Part shown: piece after piece, positions 44,558-55,912 of the stretch | Numbering within the stretch: position 1 is the first letter of the stretch | How the letters are laid out: every line of letters begins with the position of its first letter | Assembly (NCBI GenBank): GCA_020891255.1 | Contig: BQFW01000001.1 | Span: 1,736,001 to 1,800,000, forward strand | Length of the DNA: 64,000 nucleotides | Reading direction: 5' to 3' | Source: Entomortierella parvispora E1425 | Taxonomy: Eukaryota; Fungi; Mortierellomycota | Translations under genes and position numbers: made by a program | The notes under the pieces: model-generated | Seen by the model: only the letters and a program-made list of their open reading frames with translations | Told to the model about the DNA's origin: nothing | Database searches by the model: none

Positions 44558-45131
44558 CCCCTCGCCTCACTCTTTCATGCGAATTTTTTTATTTTTTCGG
44601 TGGCAAAGCACTCCTACTCTCTATAAAATGAATTACAGAAATACCCTTTTTAGAATGGAATAACCCGCAAACTGGATGCAAGGAAGAAAGGTAGTGGAAC
44701 AAACGGCACAGGGACCGATTCCTGGACGAGGCACGACCAAGGCTATTGGCTGCTGCTGACGAAGATCCAGATGGGATTAGGGACGATCCGGTTGAGGTGG
44801 AGGGACTCGACACGACGACCTTTTGGAAGAACTGAGCGATTCCATCCAGCATTTGCCGCTTGGCGTAAGTGCCCTGGATTGACAGGCGAAACCGGATATC
44901 TTTCTGTTGGACACATATCTTGGCCGGCGCTGCCCTGCAGTGATGGAGAGGATAGGAAGTAGTAAATTTTTATTGTCATAAGGCGACCCTAGACCTCGGT
45001 GCCCGCAGTATCAGAGAGAGTATCAATAGCAATTGTTTTTATTTCAGAGATACTACCATTACTACCACTGTATTTTTTGTAATGATAACATGTATTCGAC
45101 AATACTTGTCCTTTCACCACTTCTCAGATCA

Positions 45132-47764
45132 TTATTCGAATGGGTAGAAGTTCAGCTTGATTTTCTTCCCTGGGTGGTTATCCTCGTATTTGCGAATGGC
45201 AGTTCGGGCATGAGGGAATTTGCGGTAGAAGTCTTGTAGAGATGTAAAGGGCCTTTTCTCCACAACTTCGACGGCATTAGCATCGCCTATCCCTGGAATG
45301 TATTCCTTTATCCTGGCTCGCTCTGAAAAATTGGGATTGATCTGGGTCAAAGCAAAGTTGGCATGCGAGGCAAAAACTGGACCAAAGTATTCTTTGAAGT
45401 TGTCCATCGAAATGACAAGACGGTCATCTTGCTTGACCTCGTCATCGAATGGCTGGGTTGTGAAAATAATTGCTATATGGTGGTACGACATCAATGTCTT
45501 GCGACTCTCAGGTTTGAGTTTCGCAGAGCTGGAGCCGGCAAGATTCTTTTGGTGTTCAGCAGAGAGGTCCTTCGATGTGAATTCGACCGAGTTGTAGTCG
45601 AATTTACCCTGATGAATACTGATAGTCCATTGGCCCTGGGAGGTTTCCCTGACAATGAAGGCGTCCCCCCAAGGAGCAGACTTGCCATTCACGATAACAT
45701 TGTCGCCGCTCTTCCAGTCTATGTTCTTTGCGGTGATTCTATCGGTTAAAGTTTCAGATGGATATTGCTCCTTTGCTTCGCTCACAGAAAGCCGCTTCAG
45801 TTTCAGCTCAAGATCCAAAGTGCTTTGAGTCCCAAAGGCACCAGGGTACAGATCCGATAGCCTTGCTGTTTGTTGCCCAAGATCAATGAGTAAGTTGTTG
45901 CGGAACGCATCGAAACATGCCAAGAACAACTCCCAGCCCTGCCAGTGCAGATCATTTTGTACCCGTAATCTTTCCTCTATTTTGTGATCAACAACTTGCA
46001 GTACGTCATTATAAAGACAGATGAAGAATAGGGGCATCTTGATGGTGAACTGGGTGCCAGCGGGGTTGCAGGCTTCAAGAATAATATGAGAGTCCTCCTC
46101 CAAATGTGCGACGGAAGAGTGTACGTTGTTTGGGTCCATTAATGTTCCTCGTGAGAGAGGGCGTCCAACGATACTGGCATGAAGAAGGCTTAAAGCCAAA
46201 CTTTTGTTTGCAGAGACAGTGCCGTGGATGCTGTAATAGGCTTCGAGACCACTCTTGATGTGCCCAAATATGGCGTCAAAGTTCTGTTTGGCAATCTCTC
46301 GAAAGAACTTCTCTCCATTACCTCCAATTTGAAAGCACCAAGCAAAGAGAAGCTCAAGCGCTCGGGGAAGTCCTCCGGTGTCCTCCAAGAGCTGAAGGAA
46401 ATGTCGACAGAGATTCCATTTATTTGCGATGCATTCGCATTTCTCCGCTTTGTATTTCTTTGCATAATGTCCTGCAATTTCGCGCACTGATTTGGCCGAT
46501 AGTAGAGGAGTACTGACGAATCGGAACGAATTCCGCGATGGATCCTTTGCTGCGATAATAGCTCGAGACGCTGTTCCGGAGAGAAAAACTTGAACAAACA
46601 TGGAGGAACCTGGGGGCTGCATGAGTGGCGCGAGACTTCCGATCATCTCCTTGAAAAGCAGTTGGTTTCGCTTATCCTTATGAAGCAAATCCCATCTATC
46701 GATAAGCTGGAACTCGTCAACATGGAGAAACAGAAAGAGTCGTCGATTGCCCTGAAGCTGGAAATTCTCCGTGATAGCTGGCATGACATTTCCAATTGTG
46801 AACATATTGATATTGCTCTTGATCTCATTCCGAAATTGTGCGAACGACAGCTCATATCTTCCTTCGATGAAAAAGCAAAAGGCGATGCGAGTGCCGATGA
46901 TGATGTCTGGATTGTCAGTCGCGACATCTTCTTCAGTGAGTTTGATTCCGCTTCCAAAATCCATTCTGAGATATTTGAAAATCAGGTCGCATCCTTTCCA
47001 TTCAGGAGGGATCCAGGTATCTTTAAGGTGGTTGAACAACTCCTTGCCAAATCGGGTTTTCCCTATGTACGGGGATTGAAGTTAGCTACGTGCAATCAAT
47101 CTCCTCAGTACGATAAAGACCAAAGCCATACATACCTATGCCGGGGGCTCCACCGCTGACAATCATGTGAAAGTTTGCCTTGGACAGATTGTTTTCATGG
47201 CGAAACTTCACATTCTTGGTAATCATATCAACAGCAACAGTAAAGTCTCGATCCTTCAGGGGCATAATGTCGCCTGAAGGGAAAATGACTGATTCCGTCG
47301 CATGTACGATGATCTTCTTGATGATTTCGCTAACTGCATTTTGAAAGGGCGATAAAAAAATATCGATGACTGCACACCCCAATACCCGATCAACACTCTC
47401 GAAGCATAGTTGGTAGCTCACCAGAAAGTGTTTGCACCTGGACGATGATGTGGACAGCTGTCAAAGGTGGCTGAACATCAAAGATTTGATGCAGGCGGGC
47501 TACCACATCGAGCTCTACCGCTGAGGAGCCGACCTCCTGGAGACCCTTCAGTGTAATTGGCTTTCGTTCTGCAAGCGGAGTCAGAGGGATAGTGACACGC
47601 CAGAGAGTAATTCTTCTTGTATCCACCCCACCAAGTTCACTGGAATTGTCTGTCTTGATGAATCCCTTCAACAATCCCACCGAATCGGAAAACTTGGCGA
47701 TGATTGGGAATGGGTTAGGTTCGCCATCAAAAAGGCAATTAATCTCCAGACTTTCGTTGGACAT
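45132..47764 (-). CDS. Crinkler (CRN)-family protein: ubiquitin-like header + P-loop NTPase + REase-fold nuclease + HhH; exons 47764-47422, 47369-47136, 47062-45132
   Basis: Header EINCLFDGEPNPFPI...SVGLLKGFIK...ITLWRV...VHIIVQ (equivalents of the LxLFLAK and HVLVxxP motifs). Walker A GGAPGIGKTRFG is reconstituted across intron 47063-47135. Walker B FLHVDEFQ; REase-like APWGDAF...IHQGK; HhH IPGIGDANA. Confidence 0.85.
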
Positions 47765-48062
47765 GGCGTTTTGAAGGAAAAGATGTTGTAAAAAGAGACG
47801 GGAGGGAAGAACGAGGCAAGAGATTGAAGCTGAAGGCGAGAGATTGAAGTTGAAGGAAGCAACTTGCTACAGGGGTTGATCCCCAGAGGTTGCGCGTGAA
47901 TGGCTGGTGAACCTATTTATCCAGGAATATTACACGTGACGAGACGCGTCGTGATGATGGCTTTCTCCTGGTCATTACCCCTCTATTCACTCTTGTCTTT
48001 CCAATTCCTCTATCGCGATATACACTTTACACGACACACGACACACGACACACATCACTATG

Positions 48063-49879
48063 ATGTACACCTCCTCCTCCTCAACCCAGCCTGCAGCCTT
48101 AACAGAGAGTGAGTCCCCGGCATGTAAACCGCGAATATACAGTATCAGCCTTTCAAAAGCTAAGCCTTGTACTCTTATTTGCGACAACTAGATGCTGACC
48201 AGCTTCTCCTGTCCGAGTACGATGTTATAATCCACCAGCAGGATAAGAACTCTCCCCTGTATTCCGTGTCCTCGTTTGAGGATCTGCAGCTGTAAGTAAC
48301 CCCACTTTTGCTTTTGGACGCAGCAAGCTACGCATGTTCCAATACATCTTTTCTTGCTATCTTTTATTCGCTTTGAATCGCGAACCACAGGAGCGATGAA
48401 CTGTTGCAAGGGGTCTACAATATGAAGTTTACAAAACCATCCAAGATCCAAGCATCCGCGCTGCCACTTCTTTTGCGCGACCCACCAGAAAATCTGATCG
48501 CTCAGTCTCAGTCTGGAACTGGCAAAACGGCAGCCTTTTCGTTGGCCATCTTGTCTCGAGTACAGGCATCGGATCCGGCGACCCAGGTAACAAGAACAAG
48601 TCCAGCAGAGGCAAAAAGTGAAACTGGTGGCAAAACTCCCCTACAGGTGAGGGGGGAAAAATGGCAAAGGCTTACCCTACTTTGAATTTACTCGCTACAG
48701 GCCATGGTTGTGGCGCCTACTCGAGAACTGGCACGGCAGATTGTGGAAGTCATGAAAGAACTCGGTCGGTTTTCCCCCGTCACTGTCACAGAAGTGATCC
48801 CTGGAGGGGGTGTCTACGACAGGAAAATTGGGGGCCACATTGTGGTCGGGACTCCCGGCACTATGCTGAGACTGATTCAAAGCAAGGCACTGGGTGTTGC
48901 ACGATTGCGTATGCTCGCGCTTGACGAAGCCGACATCATGCTGGATATACAGTCGCTGGGTGCCCAAACGATGCAGATAAAGAGGTAAGCGATCCCACCG
49001 GGTGATTTTTGTACATTTTGTACTTTAATACTGTCAACTAAACAAACCCTTTATAGACGAGTTCCCGAAGCGACCCAGCTGATATTCTTTTCAGCCACCT
49101 GGGCCGAAAATATTGTCAACTTCGCACGTCAGTTCATGGGAAGTGGAGCGAATGAGATAAGGCTTCAAGTGAACGAGCTCACGATTTCAAACATCAAGCA
49201 GTTCTTTATTGACTGCAATGACGAACTTGACCGCTTCGAGATTCTCGTTGACCTCTATGGTCTCATGACTGTATCCCAGAGTATGATTTTCGTCCACGTA
49301 CGTATCAAGAAGCCCGTCATACATCATCATCTCCCACTTTCTTACTCTATGTGACTTTATATGCTCAAACAAGTCAATTTTATTTCATTCTCTATGTGCC
49401 TATAGCGCAAGGACAATGCAGAAAAGATTGCGGAAATGATGACAAGTCGGCACCATCATGTATCGTTCCTCCATGGAGGATTGGACGTGGGTGAGCGAGA
49501 TCGCCGCATGGATGACTTCCGAGCAGGCCGTTCTAAGGTGCTCATCTCAACCAATGTCCTGGCTCGCGGCCTTGATGTCTGCAATGTGAACTTGGTTATC
49601 AACTACGACCTGCCTGTTGGAGGTAAGGGTCTGGCCGACCATGACGCTTATTTGCACCGCATTGGGAGAACCGGTCGATTCGGACGGAGAGGTATCACCA
49701 TCAACTTCGTACACGATGAACCGAGCTATGAGATTCTTAGTCAAATACAAACGTATTTCGGCTGCAACATCATCAAGCTCCCGACTCAGCTTGACTCTCG
49801 GGACGGAGTTACTGCGGATCAAAAGGCCGGTCGATCAGAGAGAATGGAGGATTTCCTAAAAGCGGCGATGAAAGGGTAG
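48063..49879 (+). CDS. DBP5: DEAD-box RNA helicase of the Dbp5/DDX19 subfamily, multi-exon
   Basis: Motifs [75 protein letters not shown] and [15 protein letters not shown]. Could be a paralog rather than the main ortholog. Confidence 0.88.
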
Positions 49880-50060
49880 GGTTTTCTTCTCAATAAACCC
49901 TCCGCAGATTAGGTCTGCAGAAAGCAGTTTATATTCCTGCTGGACAGAGAGCTTGTAGTTCAATGATTTCCTTCTTTTCTTTTTTCTTTTTTTTTTTTTT
50001 TTTTTAATTTGAAACGCACTTTTACCACAAGAGAAAGGGATGGGATGATAACTGGTTTGG

Positions 50061-50507
50061 TCACTTCAAGGCAGGAAAAGGATTAGATGTGTCCACGTTT
50101 CCAAAGTTCTTGGACCCAACCATGAGGTTCTGGATCACGCTCTGAATGGAAGGCATACTCAATCCCCCAAGTTCAAGTTCGTCCACCTCAATCTCCAACA
50201 ATGTCGGCCAACCTTGGACAGTACTACCTGATTGGATCCGAGCTTGAATAGGGCTTTTTCGATGACTGTTGTCTGGTAGCAGCAGTAAGGGTGACGTTGA
50301 CAACAATGAAACAGTTGAGGTAGGAGACACCGTCCCAGACATCTCGCGTTCAGAAATTAGCGGCAGAGTCAACTCCGGAGTGGTAGCGATGAAATCGGGC
50401 ATGCTGGCAGCGCCAGGATCAACGATGGCCGTGGCGACCACGGTGGAGAGGCACCACAGGGTGACCCAGAGATGGAAGACAGCAAATAACAAATACATTG
50501 GGTACAA
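50061..50507 (-). CDS. Hypothetical small, possibly secreted S/T/P-rich protein (148 aa)
   Basis: Single ORF with a signal-peptide-like N-terminus (LLFAVFHLWVTLWCLSTVVATA), flanked by poly-T-rich UTR-like sequence. No family recognised. Confidence 0.4.
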   Translation of the reverse strand: MYPMYLLFAVFHLWVTLWCLSTVVATAIVDPGAASMPDFIATTPELTLPLISEREMSGTVSPTSTVSLLSTSPLLLLPDNSHRKSPIQARIQSGSTVQGWPTLLEIEVDELELGGLSMPSIQSVIQNLMVGSKNFGNVDTSNPFPALK

Positions 50508-51112
50508 GGGGTTCAGAGTTTGCGTTCTTGAGAATGAATCAGGGAAGAATGAGCCACAGCAAGAAGACGAACAAGGAAACTAAGAGAAGATATGAAGCGA
50601 AAAAGAAAAAGAAAAAAAAAAAAGGCTCCGGAATTGCTCTAGGATCTTGTCAGGTCGTCGAATTAAAAGAGTTGAAAAGAGATGACATCTCGGGGGTTTT
50701 TTTTCTTTCTTGCATTCTTGTGACAAATCCGGTCAGGATAGAGCACTGCATTGGGCTCTTCATATCGTTCATGAATGCTGTTGGATGTATTTATGTTGTT
50801 GGTCATAATTCGTGGTACAGGAATGGGTCGTGTCCTTGATACGTGGTAAAAGTTTTTTTTTTTTTTTTTTCGTTGTTCAAGAGAAAAAAAATGCAACTAA
50901 TGAGGTCAATGCTATGAATGCTATGTGCGGAGATATGTTTTGTAGTAAAAAAAGGAGGGGGGAGGAAGAAGAAAGAGAGAGGAGGTAGGGGTATGAAAAG
51001 AACGAAAACGATAAATTAAATGAAAAGGGTACACTTTGCAAGATGAACGACAGCAACCGCTTGCAGATCGACAAGACTGGTAATCCTGCTTAAGCCTCCT
51101 AAACACTTTGAC

Positions 51113-53457
51113 TTAGTAGTGCTGCTCAAACATGGCTGTCATACTGTCACGACGATCCAGGTAAGACCCATTTCCGTTCATGCCGTTCATGGTGTGGAGC
51201 TGGTTGGCAAGGCCGCTAGACTGGTTCACAGCTGAGTTGCGGACGCCCAGTGGGTTCTTGGAGAAACTCAAGCGGATACCGCCCTTGACAGAGTTGCTGA
51301 GAGGGTTGCCATAGAGATCATTCAGGGCCTGAGTCGCGCACTCGACATTCTCAAACTCGACAAAGCACATGGGTCCGTTGGACTTTGTGCGGAAGCAGAG
51401 GCGACGGTATCCCACACAGCGCGAAAAGAGCGTGCGGAGCTCATCCTCCGAGGTGTTCATGGGCAAGTTGCCGACATAGAGCGTGTTGCAAGGAGGATTC
51501 TGGTCGCCAGGGTTGACTGGGGCACGGAATCCGGGAGAAGCAACTCCAGGAGATGGCATGCTGGTCGTCGACAACGCGGCAGCGGCAGCGGTGTTGATAG
51601 GCAATCCTTGGAATCTGTTGTTTGTCATGTCATCATTGTTAAACATGGGGTTGTTGAATCCACGCTCTGTATGGGCCGGAATCGACTTTGAAAGGTATCC
51701 CATGGTGGACACGGGCGCATTCTCATCCAGATCCAAGAAACTCTTGTTGAAGCGCTGCGAGCTGGAGAATCCAGTGTGGCGGTTGGAGAACGAGTTGGAA
51801 ATCGAGTTGGAGAAGGATCCAGAAATCGATCCAGCAAGACCACCCATGTTGTTTCCAAAACTGCCCATTGAAAGGGGATCGACCCTATTCATATCGAACG
51901 CACTCTGGCGACCCAAGAACGATGACGAGACGTCGGACTGCTGCTGCTGTAGGGACTGCTGGTGACGACCTCCAAAAGACTCTGCAAAACTGAGGTTCGA
52001 GTTGTTGGGTGCATAGACATCGGCATAAAAGTCATAGCTGCTGGGGTAGTCATTGGGCGAAAGGAGGTCGCTTGGAAGGGCAGGGCTGCAGGGAACTGAG
52101 TGGAAGGCGTCATAAGCGGCGGTGCCAGCCAAACTGTTGCGGTGCTGCAGGAGAGGGTTCTTTTTGCCACTAATGTTGACGGGATGGATCGAAGTAGAGC
52201 CGACGGGCGCGGGAGGGATCGCGGCCGACGTAAGTGGTCCGAGCCCTGGGGTGGCCACAAGCTCGTTCGAGAGACCCCTGCGGGTGTGGAGATTCTTCTT
52301 TGCCATCTCGGCCTTGAGCAGAGAGCCTTTCTCCGCATCGACCCTGCGCCCGTTGAGCACATCTCGGGCCTGGAGAGCTTCCTGATGAGAGCGAAACTTT
52401 GCAAAGCCAATCTGAGGGGCACACGACAGTCCATGAAAAATAGGAAATAGGTTAGGTGGTTAGGTTGAGTTTGGTCAGGTCAGGTCAGGCTGGACCAGGT
52501 CGAGTCAAAAGCAAACGAAGGAAGGAAGGAAGGAAAGGACAAGGAAGGTTCACAGTTCCCCACCCTTTCTCTATGCCTTGCTGCTGCTCTCGTGAAGATG
52601 ACAGACGGCAGAGGCAGGCAGGGGGGACGAGTCACCGTTGTGCCACCAGGCAACATGTTGCTCTCCATTCCTGCTTCTCCCAACAAAAAAGAGGGAATAA
52701 AAAAGTGACGATGGGACAATGGGAAAGGGGAAAAGGGGGTGGATGGACGACTTACAATCTGCTTGCGGGGGTTGACTCCATTGACACCGAGCGTCAGCGC
52801 ATCATCTTCCTGGACATCCTTGTGGGGAATCTTGAGGGTTGCCGCCTCAAAGCCTGGAGTAAAGACAAACATGTTCTGGAACTCTCTTTCCTGCATATCC
52901 TCGGGGAAACCGACGACAAAGATGGTCGAGATCTCCTCGGCAAGACCACCATTTGCATTACCGTTGCTATAAGAGGCCGAGTTGTCATTAAGTCCGTAGC
53001 CAAAGAGGCTGGAGCCGCCATTGTTGTTGCTCTGGATACCCTGTGCGGCTAGGGAGAGACCACTGAGACCACTGGTGAGGCTGCCGATATGGACACTGTT
53101 GGACTGGTTGTTGCCATTGTTGGGCAGGCTCTTCGGGATACTTGAGCTGAAGTAGTCCGAGAGACCGAAGGGGTCCGAGATGCCATCAGTGACCGCAGCA
53201 GATGAAGAGGGGTTGTTATGGTGGAGTCCATTGAGAATGTTGATGCCCTTGAGCGAAGAGGAGGAACTGCCGTCATTAAAGATGCTGTGATGAGCAATGT
53301 CCTTGGTCGAGGGTGAGCAATGGGATGCAGGGGTAGTCGTAGTGGTGGAAGGGGACGAAGGAAGGTTGGGCGAGGTGGAGGAGGTGGGGGAGGGGGAGGG
53401 AGAGTTTGCGGAGGAGGAAACGGAGGATGACGAAGTCGAGACGGAGTGGATGGCCAT
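51113..53457 (-). CDS. Whi3/Scw1-like two-RRM RNA-binding protein; exons 53457-52756 and 52411-51113
   Basis: RRM1 [23 protein letters not shown]...RKQI|[21 protein letters not shown] joins across the phase-0 intron 52412-52755. RRM2 [18 protein letters not shown]...GPMCFVEF...[15 protein letters not shown]. Confidence 0.9.
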
Positions 53458-53976
53458 TATTGCGGTCGTCTGTCCTTGCGGAATGTTTGTGGAGAAGGAT
53501 AGAGAGGAATGAGTATCAAAAAGATGTAAAAAAAAAAAAAAAAAAAGGTGAAAATGAAAAAGGAGGAAGCGGGAAGGAAGGAAGGAAGGAGAGGAAGGAG
53601 AGGCGGGGGCGAGGCGGGAGAGGAAGGCAAGGGGATGGGATGGATGATTATGAGTGGAAGGGATGAAAAAAAAAAAGAAAAGAAAAGAAAAAGAATGAAA
53701 TAAAAGAGATGGGGAAACGGTAGATGGAAGGTGAGAAGGTGAGAAGGAAGAAAGGAAGGAAGGGAGGACGCAAGGCGACAGGTCGGTTTAGAAGCGAGAC
53801 CCAGTGGAAGCAAGGTAGGCTGGGATGGGATGGATTATGGCCCTGGAGCAAAAAAAGTGGAACGAGACGAAGGACGAACGGAAGGACGTAGAAAAGGAAG
53901 GTTCAGTCAGTGCGGGGAAACAACGGGGGCTGGTGATTGGTGTGTGGGAGAGATGATGAGATTAATGGGGATTGTA

Positions 53977-54134
53977 GTGTGTGTGTGTGTGTGTGTGTGT
54001 GCGTGTGTGTGTGTGTGCGTGTGTGCGTGTGTGTGTGTGCGTGTGGATGTAGCAGTGCTCCTTCTTATTCTTCTTCTTTTCGCGTGCTGACAACGATGAC
54101 AATGACAATGACAATGATGATGATGATGATGATG
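53977..54134. repeat. Compound microsatellite, (GT)n/(GC) followed by (ACAATG)n/(ATG)n, upstream of the Whi3-like gene
   Basis: Direct reading of about 70 nt of gtgtgt at 53977-54045 and gacaatgacaatgacaatgatgatgatg at ~54094-54134. Confidence 0.9.
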
Positions 54135-55912
54135 GTACCGATAGATGAAAGTCTGGAGAAAGAATGAATGAGAGAGGCAGACTTGAGGCTGAATGATCGT
54201 GAGGAGACGGAAAGGGCGTGATCAGTATTTATAATGGCCCAATGTCCCTGGGAAACACACCCGTGGTGAGGCGCCAGGATGGCATCGGAATGGCATACAG
54301 AGATGAGACCCGAGGCAAGCTGGCTGCAGCGACAAGTAGCCCATACAAGGACATCTTCATTCATCCTTGCACAGTCATCTTCCTCTGTGTGTTTTTTTGT
54401 TTTTTGTTTTTTGTGTTTTCGGGCAATGCCTTCGATACTGGAATCCATGTTGGGAACCCTCGTTTATTACATTCGCACGGTCACCCTTTTGTTGGCTTTG
54501 GTGTGCAGCTGCTGATAACTGACTCTCGACAATGACGATGAATACCAAAGATTGCAGGTAGTCAGATCATCGCCTTGAAATCCCAAATGGGACAGCCAGT
54601 AAACAGTGGAATCGGATCCAGTTTCCTCTCACTTCCCATCAGTCCTTGACAGGATGCACTCTCTATTTCTCTGCTCTCTATCTGCTTCCTTCTCTCGCAG
54701 AAAGAAATGAAAAAGAACACGGAGACACGATCTGGTCCTTCCATGCGATCGTCCAGCAATAAAGGAGACAACTTTCCCCGCCCCCTTGCCAGTCCGATCT
54801 GCGCTTTGCGCCCGTCTTGGTAGCAAACAATGACAACAATCCTAATGCGCGTCCAGCACAGCCATCGCTGTCGCATCTGATGTCTGTTTTGATTCACTGC
54901 GAAGCATGCACTCGAGAACAGACATTCCCTGGGAATTCGATGGGGCCATTCCACTGATTTGTTTCGGTCCCCAGGGGTCGATATCCCCGGGATTGGCTGG
55001 TTTGGAACGTCGTTGTGTCGTGTGCCCGCGAAGGGCTTCGAAATGGCTGAGACCTCGGTGGACGTGCGCCCTCTCAATGCTTTGCTCGAGCCCACGCCAG
55101 TGTCATGGTCGTGCTCTGCCTGCTCTTTGCACCGTGTCACTCCTGTGTGTATTTTCGGTCCAAGTAATCCACAGTGATGAGCAGAAATGAGCAACGGTCG
55201 GTGGGGTGTGCGCCGTAGCTCCTTGCTCTGTTTGGTGGCGTCTGCATTGTCAATGCAATAAATCTCTATGCCTTTTGCCTATCCGTCGTCTCTCTTGTTT
55301 CGTTGACTCTCCCCTTCCACCTCACTCTTGCTAATAGTCGCTCTGATATCTTTTTGGACGACAGGCGAATCTCAATCATGCAAAAAATGGGCCATTGACG
55401 TATGGTTGATGCCTGTGCTACCTTCGTTTTCCTTCACACTGCTCTCGAACCTTTGATGATAAAAAAATCGGAGTGCCGAAGTCCGAGGAAACGGACGAGA
55501 AAGGCGGTCAGTGGGCTTTGGGCAAGAGTCCATTTTTTAGTGTTTTGTAGTAGACCATAGCCCGCCTCTTGTCCTGCCCATATGACAGCATGCACAAATC
55601 CCGCCGCTTGGCTGGTTCTCTGACTGCCCAGGCCCATTGATTGCTCCAAAACTCCTGCCAGGTGCCTTATGGCCGCGCCTCGGATCTTTCCTGTGTCCCA
55701 GGCTGCATTGCTCTCACTGCCTACAAAAGTACAAATGCACCACACCCCTGGTTAGTTCACGACTCTTTGGCCGTTGTCATTGCTCACATTTTTTTTTTTT
55801 TTTTTGGTATTTGGACCGGGATTTCGCTCGTTTCCTTCTTCTCTCTTCTTCCTCACGCTCTCTTCTCGATCCCCCCATCTCCTCCCTCACACAGACAACA
55901 AGAATAACTGCA

